Shown in pieces: positions 6,731-16,483 of a stretch of 54,202 nucleotides of DNA. Origin of the DNA: a virus (lineage: Duplodnaviria > Caudoviricetes). The position numbers were made by a program, and so were the translations under genes. The stretch covers positions 1-54,202 of IMG/VR virus record IMGVR_UViG_3300033483_000002; one strand, given 5' to 3'. The notes beneath the pieces are model-generated. The model was not told the origin of the DNA and searched no databases. It worked only from the letters and a program-made list of their open reading frames with translations. Within the stretch, counting starts at the first letter, position 1; each line of letters begins with the position of its first letter.

Positions 6731-6904
6731 ATGCAGAAAGCTGAAATAAAATTATTATCAATGCATAAATTAATTAAAATGAAAAGAAGATTACTTTCAG
6801 TTATTAATAAAGGTATTAAATTAGATGATAATTTACAAAATGATTTAATTAATATAAATGTTGAAATATTATTTCGAGAACAGAATCAGAAAGGTAAATC
6901 ATGA
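6731..6904 (+). CDS. Small hypothetical protein (57 aa)
   Basis: AGGAGG RBS; ATGA overlap with next gene. Confidence 0.55.
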   Translation: MQKAEIKLLSMHKLIKMKRRLLSVINKGIKLDDNLQNDLININVEILFREQNQKGKS

Positions 6905-7881
6905 AACCAACTAAAATTTCACAACTGACAATTCCGGATAACTATTCACTGGAAGAAACCGGGCTTACACAATCGCTTGCACATATGTTTAGTGAATGTC
7001 CTCGAAAATTTTTGCTTGCTATCAATAGATGGAGAAGCAAGAAAGGACAGGATAAATTTGCAGTTGGAAATATTGTACATGATGTTTTATCTGTTGTTTA
7101 TAAAGAAATTCCGACTAAACCATACATTAACGGTTTTGTTGCAAGAGAAATTGGTAGATATTATAAAAATAATCCTTTAAAGTTTCAATACATTGAAAAA
7201 CAACAACTTGAAGTATTTAAAACGATTGCTTATTGTCTTTTAATAAAATACATTGAATATTACAAAGATGATTTTAAAATGGCAAAATTTACAAATACGG
7301 AACGTGAATTTTCTAAATTAATAAACGGTATTTTATGGAGAGGTAAAATTGATGGTGAACATACTGTAAAAAAAGATAAATCACTATGGGTATTGGAAAC
7401 CAAAACGAAAAGTAGAATTAATGATGAAACAATACAAAAAAGTCTTTCAATGGATTTTCAAGGAAGACTATATTGTAATATAAAAGAGAGAGAATCAAAG
7501 CAGAATATTTCCGGTTTTATTTATAATGTTATTCGTATTCCCGGAATCAAACCGCATAAGCAAGAAACAATAATGCAGTTTTCCCAGCGATTGCAGGATG
7601 ATATTGATGAGAGACCTGAATATTATTTTATGAGATGGGAAGTTCCTTTGACAGTTGAAGATAAAAACAGTTTTCTTTTTGATCTGAATACAATTGAAGA
7701 TAATATAAAAGATTATTTAGGATATAAAATAAATTTTAAAAAGATTTCCGATATAAAGAATTGTTTTTCATGTACTGGCGGAATATCACCCTGTCAATAT
7801 TTGGATGCATGCATTCAGGGACATACAGGAGGATATTATCAATCGGAAACTATTTTTGATGAGTTGGATTGTGGATTATAA
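6901..7881 (+). CDS. PD-(D/E)XK (RecB/Cas4-like) exonuclease
   Basis: ECPRKF, E..F, GKIDG, ETKT, QGRLY, C-terminal CxxC...C....C. Confidence 0.8.
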   Translation: MKPTKISQLTIPDNYSLEETGLTQSLAHMFSECPRKFLLAINRWRSKKGQDKFAVGNIVHDVLSVVYKEIPTKPYINGFVAREIGRYYKNNPLKFQYIEKQQLEVFKTIAYCLLIKYIEYYKDDFKMAKFTNTEREFSKLINGILWRGKIDGEHTVKKDKSLWVLETKTKSRINDETIQKSLSMDFQGRLYCNIKERESKQNISGFIYNVIRIPGIKPHKQETIMQFSQRLQDDIDERPEYYFMRWEVPLTVEDKNSFLFDLNTIEDNIKDYLGYKINFKKISDIKNCFSCTGGISPCQYLDACIQGHTGGYYQSETIFDELDCGL

Positions 7882-8264
7882 TGCTTGAAGAATTAATCTG
7901 CAATAACTGTGATTTATGTATATGTGAATTTCAATCAAAAAGGTTTAAATGTAAAGGTATAAGAAAACGTATTGTTTATATTTATGATTTTAATAGTGCA
8001 TTAATAAATTGTCCTTTAAAAATAAAAAGAAAGAAAGAAGAGGTAAAATTTATGAAAGAATATTCAAATGTTCATTCTTCAATACTTCGTGGATGCTGTG
8101 AAATTGAATTACGTATAGTATACGATGGTAAAAAAATATGTTCAAAAAAAGATTCTGTATTGTTAACTGGTTATCCTCATAGTGTTCAAAGGGAAATTTT
8201 GAAAATAGAATTACAAGGATTTGTTGACGGTATTTTAAAAGAATTTGATAAAGTTCCAACTTAA
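7869..8264 (+). CDS. Hypothetical protein (possibly two fused small genes; second start 8052)
   Basis: Cys-rich N-terminal half; GAGG RBS before an internal Met. Confidence 0.5.
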   Translation: MWIIMLEELICNNCDLCICEFQSKRFKCKGIRKRIVYIYDFNSALINCPLKIKRKKEEVKFMKEYSNVHSSILRGCCEIELRIVYDGKKICSKKDSVLLTGYPHSVQREILKIELQGFVDGILKEFDKVPT

Positions 8265-8306
8265 AATAAATAAACTTTAATTTTATAAAAGAAAGGATCT
8301 TGTTTT

Positions 8307-9263
8307 ATGGCAACAAAAATGCAACCAAATTTACAGTTACCTAAAAAACTTCCAGCGAGAAAAATAAGTGCTTCTGTAAGTTCAACTATTAGAAGGGATT
8401 TACAGGGAATTAAAGTTGATATAATTGATAAGCCAACTGAAGTTTCAAAAAGTATCCTTGATTATGTATACTTGATTTATGGTCCTAAAAAGGTAGGAAA
8501 GACAAAATTTTCTTCAATGTTTGGATCGGAAACAGGTACTACATATTTCTTAATGTTTGAAAAGATTGCAAGGCATTTATCAATACGTCAATCATTGATG
8601 GCTGATACTGAAAATGCAACTGCATGGTTGATTGCCGAAGCTTATCTTAATGATTTAATTTCTAATCCCAGAAATATTCGAACTATATGTGCTGATGGTC
8701 TGCTTGCAATGTATGAAAAGGCTTTTATTCAAGGATGTAAAGAAGGAGGATTTCAATATCCTGGAATGGATAATGATCAAGGAAGAAGCTGGAATAAAGT
8801 TAAAACTACATTCTATCGATTTGTAAATCGTTTAGTCGAGTCGGATTTTGGTGTAATATTTAATTGTCATGATATAGCAATACAACAGGAAAGGTTTAAC
8901 GGAGTAAGAACTCAAATAGTGCCTAATCTTCCAAAATATGCTGATGAATTTGTAAGACATAAAATTGATAATGTTTTCTATATGCATATAAGAGGAAAGG
9001 GTGAAAGGTGGTTACAAATAAGAGGGGATGAAACCGTTTATGCCGCTTGCGCTCCTGAAAAGAATTTCTTGACAGTAAATGGTGAACCAGTATGGATGAT
9101 TCCAATGGGTGATAGTGCAGAGATAGGATACAAAAATTTTGTCAATGCATTCAACAATAAACAAACCAAAACATATAAGGAGGTAACGGAAAGAGATATT
9201 ACTGAACTTACAAAACAGAAAGGGGAAACAACTATTCGAAGAGTAAAGGAGAAGAAAAAATAA
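8307..9263 (+). CDS. AAA/P-loop ATPase, Sak4/AAA_24-like recombination protein
   Basis: LIYGPKKVGKT Walker A, TICADGL Walker B, FNCH; lies between nuclease and SSB-like gene. Confidence 0.75.
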   Translation: MATKMQPNLQLPKKLPARKISASVSSTIRRDLQGIKVDIIDKPTEVSKSILDYVYLIYGPKKVGKTKFSSMFGSETGTTYFLMFEKIARHLSIRQSLMADTENATAWLIAEAYLNDLISNPRNIRTICADGLLAMYEKAFIQGCKEGGFQYPGMDNDQGRSWNKVKTTFYRFVNRLVESDFGVIFNCHDIAIQQERFNGVRTQIVPNLPKYADEFVRHKIDNVFYMHIRGKGERWLQIRGDETVYAACAPEKNFLTVNGEPVWMIPMGDSAEIGYKNFVNAFNNKQTKTYKEVTERDITELTKQKGETTIRRVKEKKK

Positions 9264-9361
9264 TGAAAGGAAATACTTTTGTATTTGCTGCATGGATCAA
9301 TATTTAATTCAAAGGAAATTCAGAAAGCAAGAAAAAGATCACAAAAACGAAAGGTATCAAA

Positions 9362-10378
9362 ATGAAAGAATCAAGTGCATTTCAAGCAATTGCAGAAGAA
9401 ATGAAAGATGCATTCCGCCAAGGAAAGCAGGACTATGATAATCGTCAACTACCTATTCCGGATGGGACTTATGTTGCACGAATACAAAGTTGTGCAATAA
9501 AGAAAAGTAAATCATCGGAAAATCATTATGTCGAAACGGCTTACTATATCATGGAAGGTGAGCAGAAAGGAAGAATTGAATATGATCGAATCATGATTCA
9601 ACCGGAAAAGGCACCTTTTATCATTCGATTTTTTGAGTCATTCGGGTGTTTTGATACAAATCTTCTTTCAGAAAATGTCGAGGAAAATCTAAACTCTTTC
9701 TGTGAAACAATCAATCAATCTTCACCACTCGTAAAGATTACTACAAAACAGTGGAGCAATACGGAAAAAGGAAGTAGTGGAGTCAATTATTTTTTGAATC
9801 AAATTCTTGAAGGGATTGAAGAAGCAACAAATGATAGTGCTGATTCAGGAAATGACGGTCTTAACGAAATTACTGACAAAGCCGCTTTGAAAAAGATTGC
9901 AATGGAAGAAGAGCTTGACATAAACCCTGTTCAGTTTGTTAGATTAACAGTTGATGAACTGCGTACAGTAATTAGAGAGTGCAGAAACGCACTTGGAGAT
10001 CAAACTACCTCAACTGAAGCGGTTGATCCGGAAACAGAGGAAAAACGTCAAAAGCTTCTTCAACTATGTCAATCCCAAAATATACAGGAAGCAACTGAAG
10101 AGATGACACTGGAAGAGCTTAAACTTGTGATCTTCGATGAAGAAAAGCAGGTTGGATACACATTTGAAACCAGTGGTGAAAATGCATTAACAGAAGAAGA
10201 AATTGAATTGCTTATTGATGTTGGTCTTGATGGTCAAATTAATCAACCGGAAGAAAAACCAGAACCACCAAAACAGAAAGCAAAAGCACCAGCAAAAGAA
10301 CCAACAAAAACACCAGCAAAAACAATGCCAAATAAAGGAAAACTCTCTCTTCCAGCGAAAAAAGGAGGGCGGAAATAA
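9362..10378 (+). CDS. Putative ssDNA-binding protein (DUF669-like N-terminus) with acidic linker and basic tail
   Basis: PIPDGTYVARI..., EGEQKGR; position after Sak4-like ATPase. Confidence 0.6.
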   Translation: MKESSAFQAIAEEMKDAFRQGKQDYDNRQLPIPDGTYVARIQSCAIKKSKSSENHYVETAYYIMEGEQKGRIEYDRIMIQPEKAPFIIRFFESFGCFDTNLLSENVEENLNSFCETINQSSPLVKITTKQWSNTEKGSSGVNYFLNQILEGIEEATNDSADSGNDGLNEITDKAALKKIAMEEELDINPVQFVRLTVDELRTVIRECRNALGDQTTSTEAVDPETEEKRQKLLQLCQSQNIQEATEEMTLEELKLVIFDEEKQVGYTFETSGENALTEEEIELLIDVGLDGQINQPEEKPEPPKQKAKAPAKEPTKTPAKTMPNKGKLSLPAKKGGRK

Positions 10379-10397
10379 TGGAATTATAGGAATAAAT

Positions 10398-10433
10398 GCT
10401 CGAGGTGTAATAATATACGCCTCGAGCTGTTTT
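10398..10433 (+). terminator. Intrinsic terminator-like hairpin
   Basis: GCTCGAGGTGTA-ATAATA-TACGCCTCGAGC then TGTTTT. Confidence 0.6.
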
Positions 10434-10445
10434 AATAGCACCTTG

Positions 10446-10467
10446 AGCTTTCTTAAACGCTTAAATG
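10446..10467 (+). promoter_or_regulatory. 22-bp box, copy 1 (identical to 36467-36488)
   Basis: AGCTTTCTTAAACGCTTAAATG. Confidence 0.6.
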
Positions 10468-10482
10468 ACACGATTTTAAGGA

Positions 10483-12471
10483 ATGATAATGTTCAATATT
10501 CAACCATTGATTGCACGATATAAAAAAATAATGGATTTTGTTTCGCTCGACGTAGAAACAACCGGTTTCTATCCATATTTAGGAGATAGGATTTTTTCTT
10601 TTTGCTGGGGAAATGATCTTACATGCATGGTATTGCGATTAGATAAACCTATTATTAAAGCAATAAGCACTAATGATTTACTGAAATGTATTACAACTGA
10701 TAATAATATTTTTGATTATATGCAAGATAGATCATGTAAATCAGTTGAAAGCAATTTTCAATTATTAAAAGATATGTTTTCAAAAGGTTACAGAAATCAA
10801 GGTTTAATAATTCACAATTGCAAGTTTGAAAAAGGATTCTGCAAAGTTCATGGAATAGAATTTCCTGAAGATTTAATAGTACATGATACAATGTTGCAAT
10901 CAAGGGAATTAGATAATCAATCACCGTCTCACAGCCTTGATAGATTATGCTATAAATTAGGAGTTGATCCACTGGGGAAAATAGCAGATTGTGACAAGAA
11001 AGTTGAAGAAGAAAATAAAAAATTAGGTGGTTATCAATTTGTAAATGTAAATCTTATGACCGAATATCAGCTATATGATGCTGTACGGCCTCTTCTTCTT
11101 CATTCCGTTTTTTGGCCTGAAATCCTAAAGAGTGAAAAACTTACAGAAGATTATATATGGGAAGTGAAAACAGCTCTTGATACACAAGAAATTGAAGAAG
11201 CAGGAGTTCCGATACATAGAGAAAATTGTGAAAATCTTATGAAGAAGCTTGATAAAGAAATTGAAGCAATGCAGCACGAATCATTTAATATCTTGGAAGA
11301 ATACATTAATCTTTCTTCCGATGATCAGATAAGAAGAATTCTTTTCAAGAAACTACAATTTCCGATAGTTGCTTTTTCTGAAAACGGTACACCTAAAACC
11401 GACAAAGATACAATTTTCAATCTGAAGGAAACAATCAATCATCCTATTCTTGATCTGATAATAAAATGGAGATCATATACGGATGGAAAAGGAAACGTAG
11501 AGTCATATTTAAAAGTTGCCGATGAAAAAGGAAAGGTGCATACCACTCTTAATACTTGTCAAGCTCGCACTCATAGACAATCCTCTTCACATCCACCAAT
11601 GCACGGAGTATCGAAAGAAGAGGCAATGAAGAATCCTTTTCCAGTGGCTGCAAGGCAATGCTTTCGATGTCCTGAAAATGCAATTCTTTTTCTTCCTGAT
11701 TATTCCGGAATAGAAATGCGATTAATAGCAGAAGCATCAGGAGAAGAGGAGTTGATTAAAATGTTTCTTGATGACCCGATTAATGCAGATCCGCATACTA
11801 TTGCAGCGGAATTATTTTATGGTGATTTATTTACAGATAGAGCACAATGTTTTGATTTTTTCATAAATAAAGATCCTTTGAATAAAAGTATAATAAATAA
11901 AATAGGTATTGATGCTGCATATAAAAAGTTCAGAAAGATAATGAGAGGTTCTGCAAAAAATGCTTCATTCGCAAAAGCATATATTGCAAATCTAATAAAA
12001 GTTTCCAAAACGTTAATGCTTACAGTTGAAGAAGCAGAACCCGGTTACTGGAGATACAAAGAAAGATGGCCAAAAGTATTTGATTATAGTAAAACGGTTG
12101 CACATGAAGCGAAAGAACAGGGATTTGTTGAAACACCTTTTGGTGTACAAATGAGTGCTCCAAGAGATCAACTTTACATTTTAGGAAATTATAAAATTCA
12201 ACATATGGCGGCAAAGATTCTTAAAAGGGGGATTGTCAGATGCACGGATTATTTTCACAAGGAATTTAATAGCGAAGTAAAAATAATTCTTGATATTCAC
12301 GATGAATTGATAATAAGTTTTCCAAGAAAGTTCATGAGCAGAAGGGAAGATTTCATAAGTAATGTCACTCGAATGATGACGGAATGTGAAGAAATAAGAG
12401 TGCCACTTTCAGTAGAGTGGAAATTTACAACTACAACATGGGATAAAGCAAGGAAAGTGGAAATAAAATGA
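10483..12471 (+). CDS. polA: DNA polymerase family A with 3'-5' exonuclease
   Basis: ExoI DVETTG, ExoII HNCKFE, ExoIII YQLYDA; motif A DYSGIEMR, motif B RGSAKNASF...Y, motif C IHDEL. Confidence 0.92.
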   Translation: MIMFNIQPLIARYKKIMDFVSLDVETTGFYPYLGDRIFSFCWGNDLTCMVLRLDKPIIKAISTNDLLKCITTDNNIFDYMQDRSCKSVESNFQLLKDMFSKGYRNQGLIIHNCKFEKGFCKVHGIEFPEDLIVHDTMLQSRELDNQSPSHSLDRLCYKLGVDPLGKIADCDKKVEEENKKLGGYQFVNVNLMTEYQLYDAVRPLLLHSVFWPEILKSEKLTEDYIWEVKTALDTQEIEEAGVPIHRENCENLMKKLDKEIEAMQHESFNILEEYINLSSDDQIRRILFKKLQFPIVAFSENGTPKTDKDTIFNLKETINHPILDLIIKWRSYTDGKGNVESYLKVADEKGKVHTTLNTCQARTHRQSSSHPPMHGVSKEEAMKNPFPVAARQCFRCPENAILFLPDYSGIEMRLIAEASGEEELIKMFLDDPINADPHTIAAELFYGDLFTDRAQCFDFFINKDPLNKSIINKIGIDAAYKKFRKIMRGSAKNASFAKAYIANLIKVSKTLMLTVEEAEPGYWRYKERWPKVFDYSKTVAHEAKEQGFVETPFGVQMSAPRDQLYILGNYKIQHMAAKILKRGIVRCTDYFHKEFNSEVKIILDIHDELIISFPRKFMSRREDFISNVTRMMTECEEIRVPLSVEWKFTTTTWDKARKVEIK

Positions 12472-13241
12472 ATATTGAATTGAATAAAATATATCATGGT
12501 GATTGTTTGGAAGTCATGAAAAGCATTAAAGATAAATCTATTGATATGATTCTTTGTGATTTACCTTATGGTACTACTGCTTGTAAATGGGATGTCGAGA
12601 TTCCTTTTGAACCTTTATGGAAACAATATCTACGAATTATAAAAGATAAAAGTGCAATTATTCTTACATCAATACAGCCTTTTACAAGTTTTTTAATTAA
12701 TTCAAATATTAAATATTTTAAATGTGAATATATATGGCAAAAAACAAAAGCGACAAATTATATAAAAGCAAATGAAATGCCAATGAAATATCATGAAAAT
12801 ATTTTATTATTTGGAAAGCATAAAATTAATTATTATCCTATAATGATAAAAGGAAAACCATATATTAAAGAAGCAAAATCAGAATCAAATATTAAATGTA
12901 TATTTAAAGATACAAGAAAAATAGGTAGTATAAATGTAAATGATGGATATAGATTTCCTTCATCTATTATAAGAATATCAAATGACAATCATTTTTCTTT
13001 ACATCCTACACAAAAACCAGTTCCACTTTTTGAATATTTAATTAAAACATATACAAAAGAAAATGAAGTTGTTCTTGATAACTGTATAGGAAGTGGCACA
13101 ACTGCAATCGCATGCATTAATACTAATAGACAATATATAGGCATAGAAAAAGATGATCACTATTTTGAAGTTTGCAATGAAAGAATCAGGAAACATTTAT
13201 TATTAAGAAAGTATCAACAGAAATGGAAGGTTTATAAATGA
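12468..13241 (+). CDS. DNA amino-methyltransferase, beta class (probably m6A)
   Basis: DLPY, HPTQKP, LDNCIGSGTT. Confidence 0.92.
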   Translation: MNIELNKIYHGDCLEVMKSIKDKSIDMILCDLPYGTTACKWDVEIPFEPLWKQYLRIIKDKSAIILTSIQPFTSFLINSNIKYFKCEYIWQKTKATNYIKANEMPMKYHENILLFGKHKINYYPIMIKGKPYIKEAKSESNIKCIFKDTRKIGSINVNDGYRFPSSIIRISNDNHFSLHPTQKPVPLFEYLIKTYTKENEVVLDNCIGSGTTAIACINTNRQYIGIEKDDHYFEVCNERIRKHLLLRKYQQKWKVYK

Positions 13242-13417
13242 AAATGACAAAAGAACAAATTAAGAAACATGAAAAGAATCCTAATATTTTATTGAAAGTT
13301 AATGGTAAAAGTTTTAGGTGTCATTGTGGATGTAATGTTTTTCATCATAATGAGGAATATGATACTGATATTTTTGAGTGTAATAGTTGTCATGAAATTT
13401 ATTCAAGTAAGGAATAG
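13238..13417 (+). CDS. Small zinc-ribbon protein (59 aa)
   Basis: ATGA overlap; CHCGC...CNSC. Confidence 0.6.
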   Translation: MKMTKEQIKKHEKNPNILLKVNGKSFRCHCGCNVFHHNEEYDTDIFECNSCHEIYSSKE

Positions 13418-13445
13418 ATTAAATATTTAAAAGAAAGGTGGAATA

Positions 13446-13670
13446 ATGCAAGCGTTAAAAGCAGGACTTAACTACGAAATGCAAGGTGGTATACATAAAG
13501 GAATGACTATTCAGAAAATAATTGATTCCGATATTGAGTATATTGATTACTTGCATACATCGGGAAAATTAATGATTGATGCTGAAGCATTGATTTATAT
13601 GATAAATAAACGACAGGAGAAGCTTGAAAGGTTATCTTCACAATGTGACAAAGCAAGACAGGAAAATTAA
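13446..13670 (+). CDS. Hypothetical protein (G.HKG..I...D.EYI motif)
   Basis: AAAGGTGG RBS; 74 aa. Confidence 0.6.
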   Translation: MQALKAGLNYEMQGGIHKGMTIQKIIDSDIEYIDYLHTSGKLMIDAEALIYMINKRQEKLERLSSQCDKARQEN

Positions 13671-13673
13671 TAG

Positions 13674-13916
13674 ATGTATTATTGCTCAAGAAGTCATCCA
13701 CATAAATCAACTAAAGCAGCATCACATTGCAGAGAATGTTGGTGGACTGATAAAATAATAAAAGAGGAGAAACAATTGTGCATAAATAATTGCATGCCTG
13801 TAGAATCGGTTTACTATCCACTGGGAAAAGGAACTTGTTTTAAATGTAAAAGAACAAATGTAATGATAGGTGCCCGTATAAATCATAATGCGAGAGAAAG
13901 GAGAAAGCAAATATGA
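13674..13916 (+). CDS. Cys-rich hypothetical protein
   Basis: Three CxxC motifs. Confidence 0.55.
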   Translation: MYYCSRSHPHKSTKAASHCRECWWTDKIIKEEKQLCINNCMPVESVYYPLGKGTCFKCKRTNVMIGARINHNARERRKQI

Positions 13917-14161
13917 ATTGTTCAGAAAAAATAATAATGAATTCACAAAATATCGGTAAAGATTTTGAGAGAAAAATCATACACATAACCGGAGAATTAT
14001 TTGTAAAAGTATGTGATGCTTTAAAAATTACAGCGGATCAATTGAATGATAAAATAATTACTGACTTGCAGGAATTTATTGTATATGAAGAAGTATATAA
14101 AAATACATTTAATTCATGGCAAGTATTACCTGAACTTTGGGAAGAGTGGCTAAACAAATGA
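13913..14161 (+). CDS. Hypothetical protein
   Basis: AGGAG RBS, ATGA overlap. Confidence 0.6.
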   Translation: MNCSEKIIMNSQNIGKDFERKIIHITGELFVKVCDALKITADQLNDKIITDLQEFIVYEEVYKNTFNSWQVLPELWEEWLNK

Positions 14162-14361
14162 AGACAAAATACGTAAAACGAAAACTGAAGAGGTGCGACA
14201 TTGTTCAACGTGTAGGAAATCTTATTGGTTTAAGGTCAACAAGATTGAAAACAGGTTATCTTACACGTAAAGACCTCATGGAAATATTGGCAAAGATTGA
14301 GACTATGATAAATACAACTAGAGGAATGGAACATGCTGAAACAAGAGATAATATCTCATAG
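14158..14361 (+). CDS. Basic hypothetical protein
   Basis: ATGA overlap at 14158 (track start 14137). Confidence 0.55.
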   Translation: MKTKYVKRKLKRCDIVQRVGNLIGLRSTRLKTGYLTRKDLMEILAKIETMINTTRGMEHAETRDNIS

Positions 14362-16483
14362 TAATTTGATAGCATTCAAACAGCATGGTTTCACTCCTTC
14401 CAGTGTGTCAGGAGAAAATCAAGTTGTTGGAAATTGCATTTTTTGTAACGGAAAATCAAAAAATCATAAGGAAGGTTCATTTTTTATTAATGTCGAAAGT
14501 AAAATGTGGGATTGTAAACTATGCGGAAAAGAAGGAGGATATAAAACTTTCATAACTGAATTGATTGAACAAGGAAAAGAAAATTTTAAGGGAACTGATG
14601 CTCTATGGTTGGCAAAAAATAGAGGATTGAAAACAAAGACATTGATTGATAACAATGTAGGTTATAATCCTTTAATGAACCATTATATAGTTCCAGCAAT
14701 TGATATTAATGGGAAAGAAATTTACAGTTTAAAGATATTTTCATGGTCAAAAAACGGAACAAAACATCGAAGTATTACCGCTGGAATGAGCACCGCTTGC
14801 CTGGGTTGGGAAAAATTATCAAAGCCTTTCAATGTATGTTATATTCTTGAAGGAGAGTGGGATTACTTCACATGGTATGAAATGAGTAAGTCAATTAATT
14901 TTTCGCTTGATACAATTTTTATTAGTTTACCACAAGCAACCGGGTTTAAAGATGATTATGTCAATTATTTTAAGAATAAAGACGTAAAGGCTTTATTGCA
15001 TAATGATTATGATCGACAAGTTGGTAATAAAATGGTTTTTGGTGCTGGTATTCAAGGAATGATAAAGATATATAATAAACTTTCTCAAGTGGCAAGCCGT
15101 CTAAATTTTATTTATTGGCCGGAAGATAAAAAAGATGGTTATGATGTTCGTGATTTATATAATGATTTTGACAATAATGCAAGAAAAACATTTGACTTTA
15201 TTGATAATAATCTTCAAAAGTATCCTCCTAAAATAAAACTACCTTCTTCTGATAAGCAAAAATTAATAAATAAACCAATAATACAAATTTCTCAAATACC
15301 ATTAAATCAACGATACACTGGAAGCGGAATTGATTGTATTGATGTTTACAATATATACGAAAAATGGTTGTTACTTCCGTCTACTGATTTGATTGATGTA
15401 TCTATTGGTTGTGTAATTGGCAATAGGCTTCCTGGTGATCCTATATGGTTGCAGCTTGTTGGTCCTTCCGGTTGTGCAAAATCGGTAATATGCATGGCAC
15501 TTGATTGCCATTTTGATATAGAGGCAATTGATACATTGACGCCAGCAACTCTAATTAGTGGTAGTACTACTGCAGGAGGTGGAGATCCTTCTCTACTTCC
15601 AAAGTTGCATGGAAGAATACTTGATATTAAGGATTTGACAACTATCTATGAAATGAATTCAGTTGCAAGAAATGAAATATTCGGGATATTTCGTTCTGCA
15701 TTCGATGGACATTACTCAAAACCGTTCGGAAACGGTATGATGACGCGTTCCGGGAACAGCAAATTCGGTTTTATTGCCGGCGTTACACATGCAATTGAGC
15801 AATACACTGAAGGAGATACGGCATTAGGCACAAGATTTCTTTTGTATAAAATTCAGTATGGTAATGTGCATAATATTTTAAAACAGATTGACAAAAATCT
15901 TGATGAAGAATTCCTGAATAATAAGAGTATGAAAGCAGAACTTAAAGATGCTTTTAAAAGAGCAATTGACTTTAACTATAATATTCAAAGTATAGAACTT
16001 GATGATAAAATCCTTGAACAATTGCGATACTTAAGTATTATCATTGAAATGACAAGGGGAACAGTATTGCAGGATCATTTTACGAAAGAAATTACTTATA
16101 GTCCGATGACTGCATTACCAACAAGAAGCTATGTACAATTAAGAAAAGAATTGACAGGAATAATGCTATTCAGGAAAGTAAATGTTCCTGATAAAGAAAG
16201 TATGAAGATAATTTGTGATATAGCATCGGGGACTATACCTCTTTCCAGAGAAAAAATATTATCAATTTTATGGAAAGCAAGATTGAAAGGTGAGGAAAAA
16301 ATAGAGTTAGGGATGTTAAGTAAAATATTGAAGCTTCCATCTATAACTTGTCAACGACAAATTGACAAGTTGGTTGCACTTGGAACGGTTGAAAAGATTA
16401 ATTTGTCATCAATAAAAACTGCTTATAAACTAACGGAACAGATTATTGAAGCAATTGAAAAGGGAGAAATGTATTCAAAATGA
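14333..16483 (+). CDS. Primase-helicase: Zn finger + TOPRIM + MCM-like AAA+ + winged helix
   Basis: CIFC...CKLC; ILEGEWD, HNDYD, DVRD; LVGPSGCAKS; GTRF; C-terminal helical region. Confidence 0.8.
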   Translation: MLKQEIISHSNLIAFKQHGFTPSSVSGENQVVGNCIFCNGKSKNHKEGSFFINVESKMWDCKLCGKEGGYKTFITELIEQGKENFKGTDALWLAKNRGLKTKTLIDNNVGYNPLMNHYIVPAIDINGKEIYSLKIFSWSKNGTKHRSITAGMSTACLGWEKLSKPFNVCYILEGEWDYFTWYEMSKSINFSLDTIFISLPQATGFKDDYVNYFKNKDVKALLHNDYDRQVGNKMVFGAGIQGMIKIYNKLSQVASRLNFIYWPEDKKDGYDVRDLYNDFDNNARKTFDFIDNNLQKYPPKIKLPSSDKQKLINKPIIQISQIPLNQRYTGSGIDCIDVYNIYEKWLLLPSTDLIDVSIGCVIGNRLPGDPIWLQLVGPSGCAKSVICMALDCHFDIEAIDTLTPATLISGSTTAGGGDPSLLPKLHGRILDIKDLTTIYEMNSVARNEIFGIFRSAFDGHYSKPFGNGMMTRSGNSKFGFIAGVTHAIEQYTEGDTALGTRFLLYKIQYGNVHNILKQIDKNLDEEFLNNKSMKAELKDAFKRAIDFNYNIQSIELDDKILEQLRYLSIIIEMTRGTVLQDHFTKEITYSPMTALPTRSYVQLRKELTGIMLFRKVNVPDKESMKIICDIASGTIPLSREKILSILWKARLKGEEKIELGMLSKILKLPSITCQRQIDKLVALGTVEKINLSSIKTAYKLTEQIIEAIEKGEMYSK

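Noticed and set aside
6901-7881. Cas4 as part of a CRISPR system
   Set aside because: No cas1/cas2 or array; context with AAA ATPase and SSB indicates a phage recombination nuclease
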